Shown: positions 26,716 through 35,903 of the stretch, one piece after another
Position numbering within the stretch: position 1 is the first letter of the stretch
Layout of the letters: each line of letters begins with the position of its first letter
Assembly (NCBI GenBank): GCA_965247135.1
Contig: CBDFGP010000004.1
Coordinates: forward strand, 912,814-976,813
Length of the DNA stretch: 64,000 bases
Reading direction: 5' to 3'
Origin: Hymenobacter sp.
GTDB taxonomy: Bacteria > Bacteroidota > Bacteroidia > Cytophagales > Hymenobacteraceae
Notes under the pieces: model-generated
Told to the model about the DNA's origin: nothing
The model's database searches: none
Seen by the model: the letters and a program-made list of their open reading frames with translations, nothing else
Made by a program: the position numbers and the translations under genes

Positions 26716-27267
26716 ATGAGAAACATACTTTTTGCACTAGCGACTTTGCTTAGCTTTGCGCCTCACGTGGCTTCGGCGCAAGCAACGGTAATGGTGGGCG
26801 GCAGCCCAATGTACCCGGCCAAAACAATTGTCGAGAACGCTGCCAATTCGCAGGACCACACCACACTGGTGAGAGCGTTGAAAGCCGCCGGGTTAGACAA
26901 AACATTGTCGGAAACGGGGCCATTCACGGTGTTTGCACCCACCAACAACGCCTTCGCCAAACTGCCCAACGGCACGATGGCGACGCTGCTGAAACCCGAA
27001 AACAAGGGCACTTTGACCAAGATTTTGAGCTACCATGTACTGGCGGGCAGCTATTCGGCCGACAAACTGCGGGCCGCCATCAAGGCGGGCAAGGGTGCGG
27101 CCTTGCTGACCACCGTGAGCGGCGGCAAGCTGACCTTTCGCCTGAATGGGGCGACCAACATGGCGGTGAGCGACGAGTCGGGCAACACGGCCAACATCGC
27201 CATCTACGACGTGCCGCAAAGCAACGGCGTGATTCACGTGGTTGACACCGTGTTGCTGCCGAAGTAG
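26716..27267 (+). CDS. Fasciclin (FAS1) domain protein
   Basis: Signal peptide; GPFTVFAPTNNAF, ILSYHV, NGVIHVVDTVLLP. Confidence 0.95.
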   Translation: MRNILFALATLLSFAPHVASAQATVMVGGSPMYPAKTIVENAANSQDHTTLVRALKAAGLDKTLSETGPFTVFAPTNNAFAKLPNGTMATLLKPENKGTLTKILSYHVLAGSYSADKLRAAIKAGKGAALLTTVSGGKLTFRLNGATNMAVSDESGNTANIAIYDVPQSNGVIHVVDTVLLPK

Positions 27268-27347
27268 GGTTGCCGATGTGGTCCGAATTTCTGGGCGGGC
27301 CGTACCTTCGCATCCTGTAATTCCCACCCGCTGCTACCTCCAAAAAA

Positions 27348-28553
27348 ATGGCTTACTACCACCGCCTGGGCCAGATTCCGCGCAAGCGCCACACCCAGTT
27401 TCGCCAGCCCGATGGCTCCCTGTATTCCGAGCAGCTCGTGGGTACGCTGGGCTTTCATGGGGTGTCGTCGTTGCTCTACCACCGGCATCCGCCCACCCAA
27501 ATCAAGGAAGTAGGGGTGCCCAAGCCTTACGGCCCCAAACTGCTGAAAGACCGGCCGCTACAACCCGAGCACCTGCGCACCCTGGCCCAGACGAGCACCG
27601 GCGGCGACTACCTAGCCGCCCGCCAAACGCTGCTCGGCAACGCCGACGTGACCATGAGCATCTGCAACCCAACGGAGCAACGGATGCGCTACTACTACAA
27701 AAACGCCACCGCCGACGAGGTGATTTTTGTGCACGAAGGCCGGGGCGAACTGTGGAGCCAAATGGGCAAGGTGGCCTTCGAGGCCGGCGATTACGTGGTG
27801 GTGCCGCGCACCGTTATCCACCAACTGCACTTCGAGGAAGGCCCGGTGCGGCTGCTGATTATCGAGTCGTTCAGCGCCGTGGAAACCGTGCGCCGCTACC
27901 GCAACCACTTCGGGCAACTGCTGGAACACTCGCCCTACTGCGAGCGCGACATCCGGCCGCCCAGCGAACTGATTGAGAATGAAACCGAGGAAGGCGACTA
28001 CCTGCTTCAGGTCAAAAAAGAAGGGTTGCTGCACCAGCTTACCTACGCCTGGTCGCCGTTCGACGTAGTGGGCTGGGACGGGTATTTCTACCCCTACGCC
28101 TTTAGCATTCACGACTTTGAGCCGATAACCGGCCGCCTGCACCAGCCGCCGCCCGTGCATCAGACGTTCGAGGGGCACAACTACGTCATCTGCTCGTTTG
28201 TGCCGCGCCTGTTCGACTACCACCCCTTGAGCATTCCGGCCCCCTACAACCACTCCAACGTGGATTCGGACGAGGTGCTGTACTACGTAGCGGGCAATTT
28301 CATGTCACGCAAAGGCGTTGATTTAGCGTCCTTTACCTGGCACCCGACCGGCTTGCCCCACGGCCCGCACCCCGGCACCGTAAAGGCCAGCCTGGGCAAA
28401 AAAGAAACCCACGAACTGGCCGTGATGGTGGACACCTTCCGCCCGCTCTACCTCACCGAAGCGGCCCTGCCCTACGTGGACCCACGCTACCCCATGAGCT
28501 GGAACCCCGGCTTCGTGCCCGACCCGCCCAAGTCGGCGGATATGATGGATTAG
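27348..28553 (+). CDS. hmgA: Homogentisate 1,2-dioxygenase
   Basis: FDVVGWDG, HDFEPITGRLHQPPPVHQTF, PYNHSNVDSDEVLYY, HGPHP. Confidence 0.95.
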   Translation: MAYYHRLGQIPRKRHTQFRQPDGSLYSEQLVGTLGFHGVSSLLYHRHPPTQIKEVGVPKPYGPKLLKDRPLQPEHLRTLAQTSTGGDYLAARQTLLGNADVTMSICNPTEQRMRYYYKNATADEVIFVHEGRGELWSQMGKVAFEAGDYVVVPRTVIHQLHFEEGPVRLLIIESFSAVETVRRYRNHFGQLLEHSPYCERDIRPPSELIENETEEGDYLLQVKKEGLLHQLTYAWSPFDVVGWDGYFYPYAFSIHDFEPITGRLHQPPPVHQTFEGHNYVICSFVPRLFDYHPLSIPAPYNHSNVDSDEVLYYVAGNFMSRKGVDLASFTWHPTGLPHGPHPGTVKASLGKKETHELAVMVDTFRPLYLTEAALPYVDPRYPMSWNPGFVPDPPKSADMMD

Positions 28554-28563
28554 GTAGTGGGTT

Positions 28564-28792
28564 GGCCGGTAAGGCGGTCAAACTCCCCTCCTGCTAAGGA
28601 GGGGAGTTTTTTGCGAAGCAAAAAACGGGGGTGGTTAGGCCGTATGCTTCGTGTGAACGGTTAAATTACTGCGTCGGGCAGCGGCCGTTCAACGGCCTAA
28701 CCCCACCCCCGCCCAGCCTTCGGCCGAACATCCCCTCCTTAGCTTCGCTGTCCTTCGGTTGGCAGGAGGGAAGTTTGACCGCCTTACCGGCC
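28564..28792. repeat. MITE/REPIN-like 229-bp element with about 31-bp terminal inverted repeats
   Basis: ggccggtaaggcggtcaaactcccctcctgc / gcaggagggaagtttgaccgccttaccggcc; internal cccctcc..aaggagggg hairpin; no ORF. Confidence 0.8.
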
Positions 28793-28795
28793 CCA

Positions 28796-29554
28796 TCACT
28801 TGCCCGCTACCCGCTGGTTGTAATACTCTACTAGCTTCAGCACGTCCTCCAAGCCGACGTAGGTCAGGTGTTGCTTCGCGGCGTATTCTTTCACCGACGC
28901 AGCTTTGTCGCCAAACAGTTTCAGCACGTTTTTCTCGCTGAGGGTCAGTTCGCGCAAGGGCGCTTTGGGGTCGGTGCCGGGGCCGGCCAGCACCACTTGG
29001 CCGATGACAGTGCGGGCGGCCATTTTTTCGGTATGCAACACCGGGTCCAGCACCGCGTCTTCGTGCAGGTAATTGTGTTGCAGGGCCAGCAGCACGGGCG
29101 GGGCTTCGCTTAGGGTCAGCTTTTCCACAAATTCCAGGCGGGTGCTGCCGGTGCGCACGAGGTGGGTGCGGAAATGGCGCACGTCGCCCCCCGGCCCGCC
29201 CAACTCGAAACCGTAGAGGCTGCCCGGCGGCCACACGTGGCTGCCCGTCGAGTCGGTGGCTTCGAGCAGCCGCAGGGCCACGTTGTAGCGGGCTTTTGTC
29301 ACCTTGACGTGGCGCACGGGGTTGAGCAGCAACGCACCAGACTGCGGCACACTGATGAGGTACGCTTCCGGCGCGGCCACCAAATCTTTCCGCATCCGGG
29401 CCAGGGCTTCGGGGGTGTTGGCTTGCAGGTACACGGCGTTGCCTATTTCGGTGTAGGCATTCATCAGGGCACTGCTGGCCCCGCCTTGTGCAGTGGCTAA
29501 AAGCGGGGAAAGAGTTAATAGTGTCAGTGATAATGTGTTGATTAGGGGACGCAT
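28796..29554 (-). CDS. Hypothetical secreted protein
   Basis: Signal peptide MRPLINTLSLTLLTLSPLLATA; clean ORF. Confidence 0.75.
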   Translation of the reverse strand: MRPLINTLSLTLLTLSPLLATAQGGASSALMNAYTEIGNAVYLQANTPEALARMRKDLVAAPEAYLISVPQSGALLLNPVRHVKVTKARYNVALRLLEATDSTGSHVWPPGSLYGFELGGPGGDVRHFRTHLVRTGSTRLEFVEKLTLSEAPPVLLALQHNYLHEDAVLDPVLHTEKMAARTVIGQVVLAGPGTDPKAPLRELTLSEKNVLKLFGDKAASVKEYAAKQHLTYVGLEDVLKLVEYYNQRVAGK

Positions 29555-29612
29555 GAGGGAAAGGGGTAAATGTGAAACGCACACAAGGCAAGTATAGAGC
29601 CAGCCGGGGCTG

Positions 29613-31205
29613 CTAGGGCGCTACCACCACCCGCCGAAACCGGCGCTCGGTCCCGGCCGTGATAGCCAGCAGGTAGGTTCCGGGAGCCACCCCCGTCAGG
29701 GCCAGCGGCAGTTGCTGCGGCCCGGCTTCGTAGCGGCGCGGCGGCAGCGCGGGGCCAGCCGCCTGCCCGGTGAGGGTGAACAACTGCACCCCTACGGTCG
29801 CCGCAGCCGGCAGCGCCAGGGCTACAGTTAGGTAGCCGGTGGCTGGGTTGGGGAACAGTTGCAGGTCGGGGCCTGCCGGGTGGGCGGGCGGGCGGGCGGC
29901 CAGCACGGCTCCGTTCACCAACGCGGTCCATACGCTCGTGGCGGGCTGGAAGAAGTTCGGGTCCTGGTCCATGCGGGTCCACACTGGCCGCACCACGTTA
30001 TTGTAGGCCGCAATGTTGGTGTAGTCGCCCAGAAAACTCATGGCATCGGGAATAAAGAACGTTTGGCTAATCCGAAAATTTTGAAACGTGAGGCCGCCGT
30101 CGGTGCTTCTAGCCCCGTACACGTCGGTTGCCAAGCTGCCCACCGGGTAGTTGCGGCGGTCGTAGAACACAAACCACAGATAACCGGTAACCGGGTCCAC
30201 CGTCATCCAGGTCAGGAACTGCTGGCGACCGGCGGGGTCGTTGTTCACCCGGCGGGCAGCGCTCCAGGTCTGGCCACCGTCGGTGCTGCTGCTGAGCCAG
30301 ATGTCGGTATCAGCGGGGCCGTTGCGCTGGTCGCTCCAGTTCACGTACAGGGTGCCCCGGTGCGGCCCCCGGCTCAGGTCGCAGGCGGTCACGGGCAGGC
30401 CGTTGCTGCGGTCGAGGCCGGGCACATCGAACGCCCAGCCGCCGGGCAGCGCCGCCAGCGGGCGTTCGCCGCCCGGCAGCCACGTCAGGCCCCCATCCAG
30501 CGACCGATTGAACACGATGCCCTGCGGCCCGGCCCAACTCACATATATTTCGCCGTTTGGCCCCACAGCGGGCACGGCCCCTTCCACGGTGTTGCTCTCG
30601 TCGAAGGAATCGCCGCCCCGTTTGCTGATGCGGCGCGGCGCACTCCAGGTCGCGGCCCCGTCGAGGCTGCGGGTGAACAGAATGCGGCTGCTGTCCTGGG
30701 TGCTGGCGCTGCCGTAGCGGTCAAATTCGGTCCAGGTGCAGTACAGCGCGTTGGTGCGGCGGTCCAGGGCCAGCCAGCCTTTGTCTTGCTGCTTGGTGGG
30801 GTTCAGGCCAAACGAGGAACGCAGACCGAACGGGGCCGTGGCAGCGGCGGTCTTCTGCACCTGCATCCGGTCAATAAAGGGGAAGTTGTAACCAAAATTG
30901 CCGGGGTTGGTCAGGTGCAAATAGTAGAACGCGCCCGTGGTGTCGCACACAATGCTGGGGTCGCCCCACACGCCCTGCGGCGAAGACAACACTTGCCGGG
31001 TCCACGTCAGCCCCCCGTCCTGGCTCCAGTAGGCGTTATCGGTATTGGCCCCGGCCATCAGCTCCTGGGGGTTTTTGGGGTTGATGGCAATGGCGGTTTC
31101 GTTGGGGTTTTGCTGGTCGCTGATAAGCACATTGGGCGGCACGGCCTGCGCCACCGCTGCCAGCGGGGCCAGAAAAAATGGGAGCAAACGCAGAATTGAA
31201 CGCAT
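29613..31205 (-). CDS. BNR/Asp-box (sialidase-like beta-propeller) T9SS-secreted protein
   Basis: Repeated S-x-DGG-x-TW Asp boxes; FLGDYTNI; C-terminus FPNPA...GTYLL...RRVVV. Confidence 0.88.
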   Translation of the reverse strand: MRSILRLLPFFLAPLAAVAQAVPPNVLISDQQNPNETAIAINPKNPQELMAGANTDNAYWSQDGGLTWTRQVLSSPQGVWGDPSIVCDTTGAFYYLHLTNPGNFGYNFPFIDRMQVQKTAAATAPFGLRSSFGLNPTKQQDKGWLALDRRTNALYCTWTEFDRYGSASTQDSSRILFTRSLDGAATWSAPRRISKRGGDSFDESNTVEGAVPAVGPNGEIYVSWAGPQGIVFNRSLDGGLTWLPGGERPLAALPGGWAFDVPGLDRSNGLPVTACDLSRGPHRGTLYVNWSDQRNGPADTDIWLSSSTDGGQTWSAARRVNNDPAGRQQFLTWMTVDPVTGYLWFVFYDRRNYPVGSLATDVYGARSTDGGLTFQNFRISQTFFIPDAMSFLGDYTNIAAYNNVVRPVWTRMDQDPNFFQPATSVWTALVNGAVLAARPPAHPAGPDLQLFPNPATGYLTVALALPAAATVGVQLFTLTGQAAGPALPPRRYEAGPQQLPLALTGVAPGTYLLAITAGTERRFRRVVVAP

Positions 31206-31241
31206 GATGACAAATCTAATTAACTGAAAACCAAACAAGAT

Positions 31242-32801
31242 TTACCGGTTGCGGCCGTACTGTTCGTGGCTGCTCACCCAGTCCGACGACGAAATGGCGG
31301 CCCCCAGGCTCAGCTCGCCCGCCAGCACCACGGCGGCCACGATTTCGGCAAACTTGCGCACCGTGCCCCGGCCCACGCAGCCCAGCATGGCCAGGCATTC
31401 GCGTTGGGTGGCCAGGCCGGTGCCGCCGCCGTGGGTGGCCACTATCAGGCTCGGAATAGTGATGTTGATGTACAAGTCGCCCTCCTTCGTGACTTCCGAA
31501 TACAGCACCCCGGCGCTCGATTCGCTCACGTTGGCCACGTCCTGCCCGGTGGCAATGAACAGAGCCGTGATGCCGTTGGCCGAGTGCGCCCCGTTGTTGT
31601 TGGCCCCGCTCAGAAAAGCCCCGACGTTGCTCACCTGCCCGTGGTAGGCCAGTTGTTCGGGGGTCACGCGCATCCGCTGCATCAGGATGTCGCGTTTCAC
31701 CACGGCCTCGGCCACCACGCGCTTGCCCCGCGTCCGCATGACGTTGATTTGGCTGGCCTTTTTGTCGGTGGCAAAGTTGGATTCCAGGTAGAAACGCTCG
31801 ACTTTGGGACCGTCGTAATTTTCCAGAATCCAGGAGCAGGCGGCGAAAGTGGCGCGGCCCACCATGTTTTGCCCGGCCGCGTCGCCGGTGCTGAAGTTGA
31901 AGCGCAGAAACGCGAACTTGTTGCTCAGGTAGGTGTCAATGTATTGCAGCTTGGCGATGCGCGAGGTGCTTTCGGCCTCCGGCCGGATGCGGTCAATATT
32001 CGCTTCCACCCACTGCCCGAAATCCCGCGCGCCCCGCGCATCGGCAAACACGAACACCGGTGCCCGCTGCATGGCATCGCCGATGACGGTGCACTTCACG
32101 CCGCCGCAGAGGTTGAGCACTTGCATTCCCCGGTTGTAGCTGGCCACGAGGGTGCCCTCAGTGGTGGCCATCGGAATCAGGAAGTCGCCCTGCGCGTGTT
32201 CGCCGTGCACGGTGAGTGGTCCGGCCAGGCCCAGCGGAATCTGGGCCACGCCCACGAAGTGTTCGCAGTTGCCCTGCAACTGGTGGGGGTCGAAGGAGTA
32301 TTTTTTGAGGTGGCTAAACTCCTGCTTGGTAAATTCTTCGGCAAACCGCTGGCGGGCGGCGATGGCGGCTTCGGCGTAGTCGTCGGCCTCGGAGCGCGGA
32401 ATGCGGGGCTTGTGGTTGGCCGCGTTCACGATGGCATCTTCTACCTCAATATGCAGTGGGCCAAAGGCATCGGTTGTGAACCAGATTTGCACTTGGTGGA
32501 TGCCTTCGGGCAACGCTTCCATCTCCAGTTGCAAGACCAGGGAGCGGCCCACGGGCAGGTCCAGGGCCTGCGCGGCGGCATCGATGGCCGTGGCCGGGCG
32601 CGGCGCTTCGCCCTCCAAACTCACCGCAATGCGGTCGGCGGGCACCGTTATGTGGCCCACCTGCACTTGCTCAAAGCCCGTCACCCGCACCGCATCGAGC
32701 CGGTTTTTGAGGCTGAACGCCACGCCGCCGCTGGGCTGGTTGTGGAGGCTGCCACGGGTGTAGAGCAGCTTGAGCAGCATCGGGGACGGGGTAAAAACCA
32801 T
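31242..32801 (-). CDS. Class I-type HMG-CoA reductase with extra N-terminal domain
   Basis: IPMATTEGTLVAS, TGDAAGQNM, FIATGQDVA, VATHGGGT, AGELSL motifs; about 130-aa N-terminal extension. Confidence 0.88.
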   Translation of the reverse strand: MVFTPSPMLLKLLYTRGSLHNQPSGGVAFSLKNRLDAVRVTGFEQVQVGHITVPADRIAVSLEGEAPRPATAIDAAAQALDLPVGRSLVLQLEMEALPEGIHQVQIWFTTDAFGPLHIEVEDAIVNAANHKPRIPRSEADDYAEAAIAARQRFAEEFTKQEFSHLKKYSFDPHQLQGNCEHFVGVAQIPLGLAGPLTVHGEHAQGDFLIPMATTEGTLVASYNRGMQVLNLCGGVKCTVIGDAMQRAPVFVFADARGARDFGQWVEANIDRIRPEAESTSRIAKLQYIDTYLSNKFAFLRFNFSTGDAAGQNMVGRATFAACSWILENYDGPKVERFYLESNFATDKKASQINVMRTRGKRVVAEAVVKRDILMQRMRVTPEQLAYHGQVSNVGAFLSGANNNGAHSANGITALFIATGQDVANVSESSAGVLYSEVTKEGDLYINITIPSLIVATHGGGTGLATQRECLAMLGCVGRGTVRKFAEIVAAVVLAGELSLGAAISSSDWVSSHEQYGRNR

Positions 32802-33147
32802 GGTAAAAGACTGAAAAAAAAGGAAATAAAGCAAAAAAATCGCAAATGCCCGCAACCCGCCCGCCGGGCAGCAGCCCGCCGCCGCATTTTGGAGCCGAAA
32901 AGGTACAGGTTTTTTGGGTAATGCGCCCGCAGTCCGTGCGTCTGCCGGTGCCCGTCCGGTGCGTTCAATCGCCCGGTTGCCCGGAATCTGCTGCCGCCGC
33001 CAAAACCCTGGTTGCGTAATGCGGTTTTACCCCACCGTTGCCTGTGCCTATTGGCCAGAGGGCCAACGGGGAGCTTTTTGGCCCGGCCGGGGCTGCCCGT
33101 ATTACCTTTGTGTTGCCGGTTCCGCAACCGGCCGCTGCGTTTCTAAC

Positions 33148-33963
33148 ATGAGGTTATCCCCTGAATATCCCCGCTTCACACTTGAGTCCGAACTCACGGC
33201 CGAGCAGCGGGCTTTTTTTGCCAAGTACGGGTTTTTGCATTTTCGGGCCTTCGCGCCGTTGGCGCACGTGCAGGAAATTCTGCAAGCCACCGAACAGATT
33301 CAAGCCCGGTGGCTGGCCCACGGCGTGGAGAAAGTGAACGGGGTGCCCATCAAATACGGCCACGACGTGGACGGGAGCCGCATTGTGCAGCGGTTCGCGT
33401 TTGCCTCGCAGCACCACCCCGTGTTGCACGACCTGCTCCGGGATGCCCGCTTCCGGGCGCTGTTCCCGCTGCTCGAAGCCGAAGGCGGCCGGGTGGGCGA
33501 AAACGAAAAGGACGGCCTCGTGGTGAACCACTACGTGAACGTGGCTGGCTCGGAGTTCAGCCAGATGGGCTGGCACACCGACTCGTTGCGCGACGTGTTC
33601 TACGGCAAGCGCATCGGCCCGATGCTGAACGTGGGCCTGCACCTCGACGGCACCCCGGCCACCAACGGCGGCCTGCGCGTCATCCCCGGCACCCACCGCC
33701 AGGGCCTGGGCCAACTGCTGTTTCGCAAAAAATACTACAAAGACGTGCTCGACGACCCCCACGAGGTGGCCATCGAAACCGAAGCCGGCGACCTCACCGT
33801 GCACGACGGCCGGATGTGGCACCGCGTGGCCCGCTCGCCGCTGGTGGGCGCGGCCAGCCGCCGCCGCGTGATGTACGTGCCCTTGCTGGCGGGCAAGTAT
33901 CAACCCAAGCGGGCCGACAGCCCCACGCCGTTCTACCTGCGGTTTTTGCACCTGGTCAAGTAG
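33148..33963 (+). CDS. Phytanoyl-CoA dioxygenase (PhyH) family protein
   Basis: GWHTD, GGLRVIPGTH, AGDLTVHDGRMWH; TACCTTTG promoter element upstream near 33102. Confidence 0.9.
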   Translation: MRLSPEYPRFTLESELTAEQRAFFAKYGFLHFRAFAPLAHVQEILQATEQIQARWLAHGVEKVNGVPIKYGHDVDGSRIVQRFAFASQHHPVLHDLLRDARFRALFPLLEAEGGRVGENEKDGLVVNHYVNVAGSEFSQMGWHTDSLRDVFYGKRIGPMLNVGLHLDGTPATNGGLRVIPGTHRQGLGQLLFRKKYYKDVLDDPHEVAIETEAGDLTVHDGRMWHRVARSPLVGAASRRRVMYVPLLAGKYQPKRADSPTPFYLRFLHLVK

Positions 33964-33971
33964 GCTGGCTG

Positions 33972-34106
33972 AACGAGTACCCCGAAGCTGCGCTTCGGCT
34001 TCGCGCAAAAGCGCGAGGGGCCGCCAACCGGTGGCCGCTGCCACAATTGGCAAAAAGCAGCCCTTCGCCGCGCTCGTATCCGAAGCGCAGCTTCGGGGTA
34101 CTCGTT
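33972..34106. repeat. Fold-back element with 27-bp arms (GAGTACCCCGAAGCTGCGCTTCGG family)
   Basis: Arms 33972-33998 / 34080-34106; compact hairpin relative at 51104-51135. Confidence 0.85.
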
Positions 34107-34131
34107 TTACGACTTCTCCCCAAAACCCAAA

Positions 34132-34935
34132 ATGTACGCCCTCATCACCGGGGCCTCGCGCGGCCTGGGCCGCGCCCTGGCCCTGCACCTGGCCCAACGC
34201 GGCTACGACCTGCTGCTCGTGGCCCGCTCCGGCGACCAACTCGCCGCCCTGGCCGAAGAAGTGGCCGCCACCCACGACCGGCAAGCCCACCTCCTGGCCC
34301 TGGACCTGACCGCTCCCGCTGCGGCTGCTACCGTGGCCGCCTGGGCCGCCCGGCACACGCCCACCCTGGCCGTGCTGGTGAACAACGCCGGATTTGGCCT
34401 CTGGGGGCGCTTTGCCGACTTGCCGCTGGCCGACCAGCAGGCCATGCTGCACCTCAATATGCTGCTGCCCGTGGCCCTCACCCACGCGCTGTTGCCGCTG
34501 CTACAGCCGCCGCCGGCCGCCGCCGGGCCGGGCGCGTCGCCCGCCTACATCCTCAACGTGGCCAGCACCGCCGCCTACCAGGCCGTGCCCACCCTCACGC
34601 TGTACGCGGCCAGCAAAGCGTTTCTGCTGAGTTTCAGCCGGGGCCTGCGCTACGAACTCAAGGACACGGCCGTGTCGGTGAGTTGCCTCTGCCCCGGCCC
34701 CATCAGCACCGGCTTCAACGACCGGGCGGGCATGGGGGCCGAATTGCAGCAAACCGCCGCCAAAGTGGCGATGACGGCCGAAGCCGTGGCCGAAGCCGCC
34801 CTGGCCGGAATGCTGCGCGGCGAGGCCGAAATCGTGCCGGGCGTGCTGAACAAGGTGGCCGCCGGGCTGACCAGCTTTGCCCCGAAGAGCCTGACGGAGC
34901 GCATTGCGGCGGGGATTTACGAGAAGTATCTGTGA
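34132..34935 (+). CDS. Short-chain dehydrogenase/reductase
   Basis: ITGASRGLG, LVNNAG, YAASK. Confidence 0.95.
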   Translation: MYALITGASRGLGRALALHLAQRGYDLLLVARSGDQLAALAEEVAATHDRQAHLLALDLTAPAAAATVAAWAARHTPTLAVLVNNAGFGLWGRFADLPLADQQAMLHLNMLLPVALTHALLPLLQPPPAAAGPGASPAYILNVASTAAYQAVPTLTLYAASKAFLLSFSRGLRYELKDTAVSVSCLCPGPISTGFNDRAGMGAELQQTAAKVAMTAEAVAEAALAGMLRGEAEIVPGVLNKVAAGLTSFAPKSLTERIAAGIYEKYL

Positions 34936-34974
34936 GGAAATGGGCAACTGCGGCCCGCGTCGCCGGTGGCAAAG

Positions 34975-35055
34975 AGGTAGGGTATTTTCGTTCGTCAAAA
35001 AAATAAACTACCTGCGAGGTAGGTTATTCGGGCCGAAGAAAAAAATAACCTACCT
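34975..35055. repeat. Two tandem palindromic units AGGTAGGTTATT-N-AATAACCTACCT (42-bp period), site 1
   Basis: Units 34975-35013 (imperfect) and 35017-35055. Confidence 0.9.
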
Positions 35056-35062
35056 GGCCGCG

Positions 35063-35695
35063 CTAGTGCAAAAACAGCCCCCCAAACGCTGCTTTCACCA
35101 GCCGCAGCACGTCGGCGGCCTGGGCCGGATTGAGGGCCAGGGCCGTGATGCCGCTGATGAAGCCGCCGATAATCCAGTTTTGCCAGTCCTTTTTGGTCAG
35201 CCCTTCGGCCTTCACGGCGGCGGTCTGGGTTAGCTCAATCAAGTTCTGGCGGGCGGCTTCGGGCAGGGCGGCCGTGGCGAAACTCTGCTGCAACTGCCGC
35301 AACTGACCCTGCACTTCGGCTAACTCGGTGCGGGTGAATTTGTCGTCGCTGGGCGTGGCAGTGGGAGCGAAGAGTTGTGCGGTTTTGGCGGCTTCGGCCC
35401 AGAGGTCGGGGGTTTCGGCCTCTAGTGCCAGAATTTCGGCCCACTTATCAAGGTGGGCCATAACTTGAGGCCAAGTAAGCGCCTGTGCAGACGTTTTTAC
35501 ACTTGTTACCCCAGGGTTCATCTCCAACGTGTAGTAAGGACCGTTGGCCTGTAAATAAAAAGCGTATTGTTCCCCGTCTAATTCGGTGTCCACTTGGTAC
35601 CACGCTTCCTGTTTCTCTTCATTGACACTGGACGCGGGAATACCATGCTTTTGCAGGACGTTTAGGATTTCGTTTCGCTGGATTTTCAGTAGCAT
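35063..35695 (-). CDS. Hypothetical protein (AT-rich N-half, GC-rich helical C-half)
   Basis: Clean 210-aa ORF; PDLW...KF...E...KKDWQNW pattern; no function recognised. Confidence 0.75.
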   Translation of the reverse strand: MLLKIQRNEILNVLQKHGIPASSVNEEKQEAWYQVDTELDGEQYAFYLQANGPYYTLEMNPGVTSVKTSAQALTWPQVMAHLDKWAEILALEAETPDLWAEAAKTAQLFAPTATPSDDKFTRTELAEVQGQLRQLQQSFATAALPEAARQNLIELTQTAAVKAEGLTKKDWQNWIIGGFISGITALALNPAQAADVLRLVKAAFGGLFLH

Positions 35696-35903
35696 AAGTT
35701 TTAGGTTTTAAACGGTGCCCAAAATCATTGCCTCCACCCGCGCCATACCCTCCGCTGCAAACGTCGCGGCTTGCTGACGCAATGATACGGCTTGCGTCGT
35801 TATCCTTTGGTCGGTTTCAACAAAAGCCTGTTGAATTTCTAGCGGTGGCAACGGCACCGCTAAGTTAGCAAAACAAACAATTCAGTTGAGACAAGCCAGC
35901 ACC

